The translations under genes and the position numbers were made by a program. A DNA stretch of 50,864 nt, from contig JASHVF010000383.1 of the NCBI GenBank assembly GCA_030039615.1, positions 1 through 50,864 of the forward strand. The letters run 5' to 3'. The notes beneath the pieces were generated by a model that saw only the letters and a program-made list of their open reading frames with translations, searched no databases and was not told the DNA's origin. This DNA comes from Gammaproteobacteria bacterium (GTDB lineage Bacteria > Pseudomonadota > Gammaproteobacteria > Steroidobacterales > Steroidobacteraceae). Each line of letters opens with the position of its first letter. The first letter of the stretch is position 1. Shown here piece by piece: positions 42,171 through 50,864 of the stretch.

Positions 42171-44828
42171 TTACCAGAAGTACTTGGCGGTGAAGTTGAT
42201 TTCGCGTCCGACGATCGAACGGCCGAAACCGACGTTGTTCTGGATCGTGTTACCGCCGAACCGCGCATTGCCCTCGGTCAGGCCGAGCTGGTTGGTGAGG
42301 TTCGAGCCGAGTATGCGGAACTCCCAGCTGTCCCCGACGTGGGCATCGATGCCGGCGGCCAGGTCGTAGTACTGGGGCAGCGGCGTCAGGCCCGTATCGT
42401 CCTGGAAGCGCTTGCCGATGTCCTCGTACGTCACCTGCTCGGTCAGCGTGCCCCAGCTGAAGAGCTGCGTGTCGCTCGGGGTTATGCGCAGCTGGTACTT
42501 CGGCAGGCGCGCCAGCTGGTTGTCGTTGATCGAGCCGCAGACCACCTGATTCTCGATGTTGGTGTAGATGAAGCAGCCCTGGAAGTCCTTGTAATGGGCG
42601 TCCTCGTAGATGCCGTTCACCGTGATCTTGAAGGTGCTGAGCGGCTGGTTGTCGCTGGTCGCGAACGGATTCACGCTGCCGACGAGGCGTCCGCCCTTCG
42701 AGGTCGATCCGTAGGTCGACGCCGGCCCGATCGGCACGTTGTCGATGTTGACCGGCGTGTAGGCCAGGCCGCTGAACTCCTTGTCGTAGACCGATGCGTC
42801 GATGTAGGTCCACTGGTTCTGGATCTTGAAGCCGAACTCGTAGTTCTGCAGCGTGGTGAGCGGCGCCTTGGCCGGACAGCCGCCGTTATTGCAACGGACG
42901 TCGTCGAAGTTCTCGAATTCCACGCCATTGTTGATGCGCACGTAGGCGCTCATGTTGTCGTTGAACTCGTAGTTGGCGCCGCCGGAGAACGTCGGCATGG
43001 TGTTGTTCTCGCTACCCGACGAGAAGGTGCCGTTCGGCAGGTCGACCGAGTTGTCCCACAGATTGGTGCCCGTTCCCGGGGCGCCTCCGCCCAGGTTCAC
43101 GGGCGAGGTGTTGCTGGTCTCCTGGCTCAGGTTGATGTGCTCGAGGCGCGCCGATATATCCAGCAACCAGCGGTCGATCTTCCACGCATTGGACAGATAG
43201 GCCGCCACGTTGGTGGCATCGCCGTTCTGCAGGATGTAGTAGCCGCCGTTGGCGTCGATGATGCCCTGGGGGCTGCTCACCTGGTACTGAGTGCCGCCCA
43301 CGTTCCCGGTGAGGATGATCGCCTGGGCGTTCGGCTGATTGGTGATCAGCACGTTGGAGCTCAGCGACCAGTTGTCGTTCATCGTGTAGTGGGTGACGTA
43401 GGCGCCCATGGTCAGGGTATCGCCGTTGCCGAAGTCCTTGATCAGGCGGAACTCATCCGCGATGTTGGTGATCTTCTTCTCCACCAGCCAGACCTGCTGC
43501 GTGACCACGCTCTGATTGGGGCTCACGGCGGTGCCGTTCTCGTAGGTCGCCGTGACGTCGCCCGGGGTCACCGGAGTGCCGGTCAGCACGGAGTCTCCGG
43601 CGATGTAGGCCGCCAGCGTCGTCGGGTTGCCGTTGTTGATCAGCGCGTGCGTATTGACGTAGCCGCCATCGAAGATGAAGTTGTTGCTGATCGACCAGCC
43701 GTCGTTAAGCGACATCTTCAGCTCCGAGCCGACGTAGCTCAGGTCGCCGCCGCGCCCGTCGCTGATGTCATCGTTCTGGAAGCAGTTGCAGGCCGGGTTC
43801 GGTATCTGGAAGTTCTCCAGCATCTTGCTGTTGTAGGTGGAGTTGAGCTGATTGAACCCGGGGTAGGTGTTCACCGAGCCGTTGCTGACGGTGTACGGAA
43901 AGTCGGCGACCCACGCGTTGTGGTCGTGCATGGTGCGCGCCCAGAACATGACCGAGCCGTTATCGAGAGTGTGTTTCAACGTGGCCGTCAGCTGACCGCC
44001 GATGTCGGACAGATACTGCGGATCGCGCACGCCTTCCGAGGTGCGGTAGAAGCCGCCGATGCTGCCGTACCACCCTTCGGCGAGCTTGCCGCTCTCGAAC
44101 AGATCCACCCGATACAGACCTTCGTCGCCGTAGGTGACGCCCACCGACCCGGTCTCCTTGTCGGAGCCGGTGCGCAGGATCCAGTTGGCGGTGGCACCCG
44201 GCTGTCCCGGGCCGTAGATCGCGCTGGTTCCGCCCTGCACGATCTCGACACGCTCGACCGTGTCGTCGGCGCGGATGAGCGAGCTGTTATCCATGAAGGA
44301 CAGGTAGGGCGCGCCGTAGAGCGGCGACCCCTGGATCATGGTCGTGAAGAACGGCGAGTCGCCGCCGCCGTCGGGAAAGCCCGCGACGTCGATGTTGACG
44401 CCGGTCTGTCCGCCGGATGCTTCCGGCCAGATGCCGGGCGAGAGCTTGTAGACCTCGGCAGCGCTCGCCGGATCCGCCATCGCGATTTCCTGCAGCGAGG
44501 CCGACACGATGTTGTAGCTGGCATCCAGCTTTTTCACCGCCTGCGCGGAGGCCGTGACCACGACCTCCTGCAGCGACTCGGCGCCGGAGGCGGCAGCCGG
44601 GGTCGCGGCCGAGGCCTGCGCGGCCTGGCCCTGGTCGGCGGCGGCATCGGCGGCGCTCGCCATGCCGGCAGCCGTGCTGGCGAGAGCTCCCGCCACCGCC
44701 GCGGCGATACAGCGGGCCGCGCCGGACCGGCGCAGGAGTGTCGCAGCGATGGACGGTGAATCGACTAATGAATCAGTTAGAGCCAACGGAGCACTCACGT
44801 GGAGTGCTTTGTTGCTTTTCGCTCTCAT
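42171..44828 (-). CDS. TonB-dependent outer-membrane receptor (carbohydrate-locus type)
   Basis: 885-aa ORF. Signal region 'LLRRSGAARCIAAAVAGALASTAAGMASA|AD'. TonB box/plug 'LQEVVVTA...VERVEIVQGGTSAIYG'. C-terminus 'NFTAKYFW'. The first ~25 codons are AT-rich, so the true start may be GTG 44798 or TTG 44786. Confidence 0.9.
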   Translation of the reverse strand: MRAKSNKALHVSAPLALTDSLVDSPSIAATLLRRSGAARCIAAAVAGALASTAAGMASAADAAADQGQAAQASAATPAAASGAESLQEVVVTASAQAVKKLDASYNIVSASLQEIAMADPASAAEVYKLSPGIWPEASGGQTGVNIDVAGFPDGGGDSPFFTTMIQGSPLYGAPYLSFMDNSSLIRADDTVERVEIVQGGTSAIYGPGQPGATANWILRTGSDKETGSVGVTYGDEGLYRVDLFESGKLAEGWYGSIGGFYRTSEGVRDPQYLSDIGGQLTATLKHTLDNGSVMFWARTMHDHNAWVADFPYTVSNGSVNTYPGFNQLNSTYNSKMLENFQIPNPACNCFQNDDISDGRGGDLSYVGSELKMSLNDGWSISNNFIFDGGYVNTHALINNGNPTTLAAYIAGDSVLTGTPVTPGDVTATYENGTAVSPNQSVVTQQVWLVEKKITNIADEFRLIKDFGNGDTLTMGAYVTHYTMNDNWSLSSNVLITNQPNAQAIILTGNVGGTQYQVSSPQGIIDANGGYYILQNGDATNVAAYLSNAWKIDRWLLDISARLEHINLSQETSNTSPVNLGGGAPGTGTNLWDNSVDLPNGTFSSGSENNTMPTFSGGANYEFNDNMSAYVRINNGVEFENFDDVRCNNGGCPAKAPLTTLQNYEFGFKIQNQWTYIDASVYDKEFSGLAYTPVNIDNVPIGPASTYGSTSKGGRLVGSVNPFATSDNQPLSTFKITVNGIYEDAHYKDFQGCFIYTNIENQVVCGSINDNQLARLPKYQLRITPSDTQLFSWGTLTEQVTYEDIGKRFQDDTGLTPLPQYYDLAAGIDAHVGDSWEFRILGSNLTNQLGLTEGNARFGGNTIQNNVGFGRSIVGREINFTAKYFW

Positions 44829-45087
44829 GGATGGTCCCCTCCGAAATGGTTGAGCAGGCAGTTCTTAAGCTGATCGAGTCCCTTTTTGCTGATCGTTGTT
44901 TGTTTGTTGCAGGTGCTGCCCGCGCCGTGCGTATCCGCTCCCACGGTCGTCCACGCACTTGCGCTTCGGACCCCGCACCTGGACCGACTCTAATGAAACC
45001 GATTTCCGATGACAAGGGAGTGTCGCGAATTTACAACGAGCCGGGGGCGGGGTCTGCCGCGGCGCGCGCGCCCAGGCGACGGATGCT

Positions 45088-47259
45088 TCAGTCGCGTCGC
45101 TCGATGAGGATGAGCTCGGAGGAGAGCGGGACGGGCAACGAGACCGCGAGACCCTCGCGCGCGAGCTCGGCGCCGGTCGCGAGACGCTCCGAGGAGGGCC
45201 CGCGGTCCGCGAACCGCAGCAGGTAGTGGCCGCGAGAGGCGAGGCCTGCGAGATGGAACCGATGCAGCGGCTCCCCGGGAGCCGAGCCGCGGAACGCATA
45301 GAGGACGCCGCGGCGCAGCCGATCGGAGTAGTACTCGATGCCGTCCCAGTGCACCCCGTCGGGCCGCCCGGACACGTGGTAGAGGTCGGCGGAGCGGATC
45401 AACGGACGCAGCTGCGTGCGGTACAGCAGGAACTCGCGCCGCGCCGCGGCGCGGCGCGCGCCACTCCAGCGGTCCGGGTCGAGCATCAGCGAGAACCAGC
45501 CGAGCATGCCGCTGCGCAGCTGGTAGCGGAAGGCCGCGAGGCTCGGCGCCGGCCAGTCGCCGACGTAGCTCTCGAGCATCGCCGGCGGCAGCGCGTAGCT
45601 CGCGTCGTAGAAGGCGCGGCGGTTGGCGAGCGGATCGTAGATGTCGGTGCTCGAGAAGTAGTCGCCGTGGGCGGCGCTGCCGAAGTCCACCATGCGGCCG
45701 CCGTCGTTGCAGATCTCGAGCAGCAGAGCGGGGTGGCGCGCGCGCAGCTGTTCGTAGAGCGCGTAATAGGCGCGCGTGGCGTGGTCGCTCACGTCGGTGG
45801 CGTTCGAGCTGTCGACCCACACGTAGCCCGAGTCCGTGTAGACCCTGAGCGTCGCGGGATCCGGCGGTGCGGCCGGGTGATCCGCGCGCGAGCTGCCCTG
45901 CGCCACCAGATAGCCGTCGTGCTCGAGCATGTCGAGGTGGTAGTCGGCGACGATGCGCTCGAGCTCGTGCGCCGCCCACGCGGCGGCCTGCGGCACGCCG
46001 AGGTCGATGGTGATGCCCTTGAAAGCTTCCGTATGCCGCCATCCCGGCGGCGGGTCGGCGATCAGCCAGTCGCGCGTCACCGGATCGTCGATCGCGAGTG
46101 CGCCGGGCGCGGAGGAGGTGCCGGCCTGCGCCCAGTCGACCCACAGCCCGAACTTGAGTCCGTGGCGGTGCGCGAAGTCGGCGAGGTGGGCGATGCCGGC
46201 GGGGAATTTCGCGGGGTCGGGGTGCCAGTCACCGACGTCGCGAAACCAGCCCGCATCGAGATGGAACATCTCGAGACCGAGGGAAGAGGCGGCCACGATC
46301 ATGCGCTGCGCCAGCGCCTCATCCACCGCCACGCCACTTCCCCAGCTGTTGCTCACCAGCAGCGGATAGGAAGGATTCCCGAGCGTGCGGGGGTTACCGA
46401 GCACCGCGCGCACCCAGCGCCGCAATACATTGGCGGCGCCGTCGGGTCCGCCCGTGGCGCCGCCGATGAACACCGTGGGAGTGACGAGTGTGCCGCCCGG
46501 CGGCAGGCGCGTGCGGTACGGGGCGGGACTCGGGTCGAGTCCGGCCTCGCCGCGCAGCGATGCGCCGCGGCGCGCAAGCGCGATGTGCGTGCGGCCGCTG
46601 AACTCGATACCGAGGTACCAGCCGCGGCCGCTCGAGGGCTCATCGACCAGCACATAGGGAATCATCTCGCGCGCGCGGCCCGCGAGCGGGCGCGCGTAGG
46701 TGCTCGAGGTTCCCTCCCAGGCATCGCCGTCGCGCAGCGCATCGAGGTGCACGCCCGCATCCGAGGGGGCATCCGCTCCCTTCTCGATCCACAGACGCTC
46801 GAGTGCGGTTGCAGGCGCGACGACCCAGTCGAAGGTCAGGCTCGGCTCAAGCGCCAGCCAGAGGGCCTGGTTGCCGAGGTTCTGGAGCTCGATGCTGTGC
46901 TCGATGGGCCCGAACGGTGCGCGCGCGCGCCACCGGCTTACCACCCTGAGCGCCGGCGCGTCGCTCACGTAGACGAGCGCAATCTCGCGCGCGTCGCGGC
47001 GGCTGGCCGCCGGATCGTAGCGCCAGTGGAGAGCTTGCGGCGTGCCGTCCACCAGGGCCTGCTGCGGCAGAGTCTGCGCGGCATCGCCCTCGAGCAGCGG
47101 GCGGCCGTGCTCGCCGAGCGAGCGCAGTCGCGGCGCCTCGGGGCCCGCCTCGACGGTGAGCGTGGTGTCGGCGGTCGAAAGTACCGCGCTGTCGGGACTG
47201 GCCGCGTGCGCGGCCGCGGCCGTCGCGGTGAGTGCCAGAACGAGGGCGGCAGCTCGCAT
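45088..47259 (-). CDS. GH36-like (clan GH-D) alpha-galactosidase family protein, exported
   Basis: Trimmed from track ORF 45088..47709 to 'MRAAALVLALTATAAAAHA'. 'EMFHLDAGWF' (compare DDGWF), 'YHLDMLEHDG' (compare IKWDMN, nucleophile Asp) and 'LEICNDGGRMVDFG' (compare CSGGGGR.D, acid/base). Confidence 0.75.
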   Translation of the reverse strand: MRAAALVLALTATAAAAHAASPDSAVLSTADTTLTVEAGPEAPRLRSLGEHGRPLLEGDAAQTLPQQALVDGTPQALHWRYDPAASRRDAREIALVYVSDAPALRVVSRWRARAPFGPIEHSIELQNLGNQALWLALEPSLTFDWVVAPATALERLWIEKGADAPSDAGVHLDALRDGDAWEGTSSTYARPLAGRAREMIPYVLVDEPSSGRGWYLGIEFSGRTHIALARRGASLRGEAGLDPSPAPYRTRLPPGGTLVTPTVFIGGATGGPDGAANVLRRWVRAVLGNPRTLGNPSYPLLVSNSWGSGVAVDEALAQRMIVAASSLGLEMFHLDAGWFRDVGDWHPDPAKFPAGIAHLADFAHRHGLKFGLWVDWAQAGTSSAPGALAIDDPVTRDWLIADPPPGWRHTEAFKGITIDLGVPQAAAWAAHELERIVADYHLDMLEHDGYLVAQGSSRADHPAAPPDPATLRVYTDSGYVWVDSSNATDVSDHATRAYYALYEQLRARHPALLLEICNDGGRMVDFGSAAHGDYFSSTDIYDPLANRRAFYDASYALPPAMLESYVGDWPAPSLAAFRYQLRSGMLGWFSLMLDPDRWSGARRAAARREFLLYRTQLRPLIRSADLYHVSGRPDGVHWDGIEYYSDRLRRGVLYAFRGSAPGEPLHRFHLAGLASRGHYLLRFADRGPSSERLATGAELAREGLAVSLPVPLSSELILIERRD

Positions 47260-47337
47260 GGCCGCGATCTTCGCACACGGGTGACCGAGCTCCGCGACCA
47301 GAGTATCGTCATGCGGCACGGCAAGGCGAGGTGCGTC

Positions 47338-47928
47338 ATGCGTAACGCAAGAGGCGGAGCGAACGGGGCCGGGCGGATTCTCGCGGCGGCGGTGTTGCTG
47401 GCGATGGCGCTGGCCGTGCTCGCCGCTCCGCGAGCGGCGCTGGCCGCCGAGCCCGGCGACGTGCCGGCGGTGTGGGTGCAGAAGGAAGTGCGGTTCGTGT
47501 ATACGGGATTCACCACCAAATACAGCTGCGACGGACTCGTGGACAGGGTGCGAGGGATGCTGCTCGAGCTCGGAGCGCGCGCCGACCTCAAGGTATTGCC
47601 CTACGGCTGCGTGCGCTCGGGCACGCCCGAGACCAATCCCGGCGTCCGCATCGTCATGCACGTGCTGCAGCCGGCGACCGCCGCGGGCGGGGAGTCGGTC
47701 GCGGCGCACTGGAAGACGGTCGACCTGCTCTCCGGCCGCGACGCCGTCGATGCATCGCTCGACTGCGAGCTGATCGCCCAGCTGAAGCGCGATGTGCTGC
47801 CCGCGTTCTCACCGCGGCACGTCGATTACAGCGCCGTCTGCAGCGCACACCAGCCGATCGCCGGCGGCACGCAGCTCAAGGCACAGGTGCTGATCGGCGA
47901 CGGCGCCGCGGGCGTCGCGTCCCGTTAG
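47338..47928 (+). CDS. Exported hypothetical protein with four conserved-looking cysteines
   Basis: This is the tail of track ORF 45226..47928. ATG 47338 has a GAGGTG Shine-Dalgarno (alternative ATG at 47311). Signal peptide 'RILAAAVLLAMALAVLAAPRAALA|AE'. Good GC3 bias. I recognise no family. Confidence 0.6.
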   Translation: MRNARGGANGAGRILAAAVLLAMALAVLAAPRAALAAEPGDVPAVWVQKEVRFVYTGFTTKYSCDGLVDRVRGMLLELGARADLKVLPYGCVRSGTPETNPGVRIVMHVLQPATAAGGESVAAHWKTVDLLSGRDAVDASLDCELIAQLKRDVLPAFSPRHVDYSAVCSAHQPIAGGTQLKAQVLIGDGAAGVASR

Positions 47929-47965
47929 GCATTCGCCACCGCACCGCCCCGACCCTGCGCTGCGC

Positions 47966-50722
47966 ATGTACCGGGCCCGTTACGCGAGCGTCGTCGCCCT
48001 CGGTCTGCTCGCCGGCGTGGCGGCACTGCCCGCGTGCGCGGCCGCGGGTCCCTCGAGCGCGGTGGTTTCCGGCAAGGCGCGCTTCGAGTTCCTCACGCCC
48101 TGGCTGGTACGCCTCGAGTACTCACCCTCCGGGGCTTTCACCGATGCCCCGACCGCGGTCGTAGAGCGGCGCGATTGGCCGCAGGTCATGGTGCAGTCGC
48201 GCGAGCAGGACGGCTGGCTGATCGCCACGACCAGCGCCATCACGCTGCACTATCGCCCGGGATCGGGGCCGTTCACCGCCGCGAATCTCTCGGTGGCGTG
48301 GAGCGACCGCGCCGGCCTGACGCACGTATGGCATCCCGGGGATGCGGACCCGCGCAACCTCGGCGGCCTCACCTATTCGCTCGATAACATCGCCGCGGCC
48401 AACCTGCCGCGCGATGGCATGGATCTCGCGAGCCCGGTGCACGACTCGATCCCGGGGATCGACCTGGTGCTGCCGCGGGCGCTGCCGGGGCTCCTCAGCC
48501 GCAGCGGCTACGCGCTCATCGACGACAGCGAGACCCCGGTATGGAATGCGCAGCGCCGCTGGATCGAGCCGCGGACGGCGAAGGGACAGGACTGGTATCT
48601 GTTTGCCTACGACCGCGATTTCCGCCGGGTGCTCGGCGAGTACGCGCAGCTGTGCGGACCGATCCCGATGATCCCGCGCTACGTGCTCGCGCCGATGATC
48701 ACGGATTTCAACTTTGAGTACTTCCCGGGCAGCGCCGAGTCGCAGCGCCCGGATTTCGCCCGCTACGACCAGCGCTACCTGCTCGGCGAAGTCGACCGCC
48801 TGCGCGCGAGTCACATTCCCTTCGACACCCTGGTGCTCGACTTCGCATGGCACAACTACGGCTGGGACGGGGGCTACGACTGGAGTCCGCTCTTTCCGCA
48901 GCCGCTCGAGCTGCTGCGCGCGCTGCGCCAGCGCGGCGTACGCCTGAGCCTCAACGACCATCCGGGCTACATCAACACCGACGAGAGCATTCTCTCCGCG
49001 AGCGACAGCCATGCGCCCGCGGTGCTGGCGGCGCTTGGCCGGCCGCCGCCGTCTCCGCCCGGCTTCGATCTCGACGTCGCGCGCGGCTGGAGCTTCTCCA
49101 CCGAGCCGCGCGACGGACACTGGCGGCCGATCCGCATCGGACTTCCGTGGCAGGAGCAGGGCCACGCCGGCTACCGCGGCGTCGGCTGGTACCGCAACAG
49201 CGTGTCGCTCCCGGCGCCGCTGCCGGCGGCGCTCTATCTGTATGTGGGCGAGGTCCGCAAGAGCTACCGGGTGCTGGTCAACGGCAAGGAGGCGACCCCG
49301 AGCGCCATTCACTGGCCGCAGCGCCTCACCTATACCGACATCACGCCGCTGGTGCATTCCGGGACGAACGAGATCCTGCTGCGCGTCGAGCCGGAGACGG
49401 ATGCCGGCTCGCGCAAGCCGCGCGATGGAATTCTGCTCGGGCCGGTGGCGATCCGCGACCGGGTGCCGCCCGCGCGCATCGCCTTCGACCTCTCGGATCA
49501 GAAGCAGGCGGAGGTCTCGATGCAGCTGCTGCACGGACCGCTGATGGATCAGGGGGTCGACGTCTGGTGGGTCGACGGCGGGAGCGGCGCGGTCAGCATG
49601 CCGGGGCTCAACAAGCAGCTCTGGACCAACAAGGTCTTCTACGACTTCAGTGCCGAGCACAGCGGGCGCCGCGCCTTCATCCTCGCGCGCTACGGCGACT
49701 GGGGGAGCGAGCGCTACCCCGGCTACTTCACCGGCGATACCTACTCGGAGTGGCCGGTGCTCGCCTACGAGGTGGCCTTCTCGGTACGCGGCGGCAACGT
49801 GCTGGTGCCCTGGATCAGCCACGACATTGGCGGCTTTCACGGCGCGCGGATCGATTTCGAGCTGTACGCGCGCTGGCTCGAGTTCGGCACCTTCAGCGCC
49901 ATCCTGCGCATGCACAGCGCGCACGAGAACCCGCTCGAGGGGAACCTGCGGATGCCGTGGTACTACGGGCCGCGGGGCGTCGCGCTCATGCGCAAGTACT
50001 TCACGCTGCGCACCCAGCTGATCCCCTACATGTACTCCTACGCCTGGCGCGCGCACCGCGACTCGCTGCCGCTGCTCACACCGCTCTACCTCCAGTACCC
50101 GGATCAGGAGGAAGCCTACCTGCACCCGCACGAGTACTTCTTCGGCGAGCAGCTGCTGGTCGCGCCGGTGGTGGCCGCCGGAGGCCGGCAGACGGTCTGG
50201 CTGCCGGCCGGCGACTGGCTCGACTTCTTCAGCGGCAAGCGCTACCAGGGCGGTCAGAGTCTCACCCTCGACTACGCGGTCGATGCCACGCCGGTATTCG
50301 TGCGCGCCGGTGCCGTCATCCCCGAGCAGCCGCCCGGCGCACGCTCGGACGCGGCGCCCCTCGATCACCTGATCCTCGAGGTGTACGGCGCGGGCAGCGG
50401 ACGCTTCGCGCTCTACGAGGACGACGGCAGCTCATTGCGCTACGACGCGGAGGGGACCCACGCGATCACCTCGCTGGCGCACGAGGTCAGCGCCGACGGC
50501 GTGCACCATCTGGTGGTCGAGCCGGCACGCGGCAGCTTTGCCGGACAGCCGGCCACGCGCTCCTACGAGCTGCGCCTGCATGGCGCGGGCAAGCCGGCCG
50601 GCATCACGGTCAACGGCAGGAGCGCGGCGGTTCCCTGGACGTTCGATGCGCACAGCGGCGTCGCCGTCGCGCGGCTGCCGGCGCAACCCGTGGGCGAGGA
50701 GCTGCGGGTCGAGTGGCACTGA
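47966..50722 (+). CDS. GH31 family glycoside hydrolase lipoprotein with an inserted galactose-binding-like domain
   Basis: Lipobox 'VAALPAC'. GH31 features 'IPFDTLVLDFAWH', 'GVDVWWVDGG' (nucleophile region), 'YFTGDTYSEW' and 'RMHSAHE'. An insert 'HAGYRGVGWYRNSVSLP...YVGEVRKSYRVLVNGKE' resembles the GH2 N-terminal sugar-binding domain. Confidence 0.85.
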   Translation: MYRARYASVVALGLLAGVAALPACAAAGPSSAVVSGKARFEFLTPWLVRLEYSPSGAFTDAPTAVVERRDWPQVMVQSREQDGWLIATTSAITLHYRPGSGPFTAANLSVAWSDRAGLTHVWHPGDADPRNLGGLTYSLDNIAAANLPRDGMDLASPVHDSIPGIDLVLPRALPGLLSRSGYALIDDSETPVWNAQRRWIEPRTAKGQDWYLFAYDRDFRRVLGEYAQLCGPIPMIPRYVLAPMITDFNFEYFPGSAESQRPDFARYDQRYLLGEVDRLRASHIPFDTLVLDFAWHNYGWDGGYDWSPLFPQPLELLRALRQRGVRLSLNDHPGYINTDESILSASDSHAPAVLAALGRPPPSPPGFDLDVARGWSFSTEPRDGHWRPIRIGLPWQEQGHAGYRGVGWYRNSVSLPAPLPAALYLYVGEVRKSYRVLVNGKEATPSAIHWPQRLTYTDITPLVHSGTNEILLRVEPETDAGSRKPRDGILLGPVAIRDRVPPARIAFDLSDQKQAEVSMQLLHGPLMDQGVDVWWVDGGSGAVSMPGLNKQLWTNKVFYDFSAEHSGRRAFILARYGDWGSERYPGYFTGDTYSEWPVLAYEVAFSVRGGNVLVPWISHDIGGFHGARIDFELYARWLEFGTFSAILRMHSAHENPLEGNLRMPWYYGPRGVALMRKYFTLRTQLIPYMYSYAWRAHRDSLPLLTPLYLQYPDQEEAYLHPHEYFFGEQLLVAPVVAAGGRQTVWLPAGDWLDFFSGKRYQGGQSLTLDYAVDATPVFVRAGAVIPEQPPGARSDAAPLDHLILEVYGAGSGRFALYEDDGSSLRYDAEGTHAITSLAHEVSADGVHHLVVEPARGSFAGQPATRSYELRLHGAGKPAGITVNGRSAAVPWTFDAHSGVAVARLPAQPVGEELRVEWH

Positions 50723-50731
50723 GGCGTGGCT

Positions 50732-50864
50732 TCAGGCCGAGAGCGTGAGGAACGTCGAGTACTCCTCTTCGTCGATCGCCACGTAGGGCAGGAGCGTGAG
50801 CGGCTGCGCGGCGAGGCCCGCCTGCCAGCGGCGCGGCGCGACCTGCCGTGCCGCGAGCAGCTCG
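50732..50864 (-). CDS. 3' end of an unidentified CDS that runs off the right edge of the window
   Basis: An open minus-strand frame of 44 codons ending '...LLPYVAIDEEEYSTFLTLSA*' has almost exclusively G/C third positions. It is not in the track because its start lies outside the window. Function unknown. Confidence 0.4.
   Translation of the reverse strand, partial: ELLAARQVAPRRWQAGLAAQPLTLLPYVAIDEEEYSTFLTLSA

Overview
This is a very GC-rich window (about 65-70% G+C by eye, strong GC3 codon bias) from a proteobacterial-looking chromosome. It is almost fully coding. I can support 42 protein-coding genes (one truncated at the right edge), one tRNA-Ser(UGA), two hairpin terminators and one candidate operator. 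I recognised no rRNA, CRISPR array, IS/transposase, integrase, phage or known defence genes.

Gene content, left to right:
- A stand-alone ParB-like nuclease, tRNA-Ser, two tandem bactofilins and a small exported protein.
- A long co-directional run (2594-19133). It holds a beta-helix lipoprotein plus a diheme cytochrome c lipoprotein plus a TonB-dependent receptor, then an aldehyde dehydrogenase, a PQQ methanol/ethanol-family dehydrogenase with the lanthanide-type Asp-x-Asp signature, and a cytochrome c lipoprotein. It continues with trehalase, a sugar MFS transporter, prolyl oligopeptidase, HutD, a ClC channel and PurU.
- Pirin and a TMEM175-type channel.
- An acyl-CoA ligase, mauE, mauD, an O-methyltransferase and a FosX-like VOC protein, all on one strand.
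- AlaX, PhzF, a membrane protein, and M13 and S15 peptidases.
- An orphan non-pyrrolysine MttB-family methyltransferase.
- A seven-gene locus (32581-40311) with a Gfo/Idh/MocA oxidoreductase, two xylose-isomerase-like TIM barrels (one Tat-exported), a NupG-like MFS transporter, a GMC flavoprotein with its Tat small subunit, and a DUF1080 protein. I read this as a candidate periplasmic oxidise-then-cleave (3-keto-glycoside) pathway; it is the most interesting uncharacterised system here.
- A TPR/2OG-oxygenase fusion and a TonB-receptor carbohydrate-utilisation locus with GH36-like and GH31 enzymes.

All functional calls come from motif and family recognition by eye, with no database search. Many start codons are ambiguous because in-frame upstream extensions stay open in GC-rich DNA. 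The many long antisense ORFs in the track are treated as GC artefacts.
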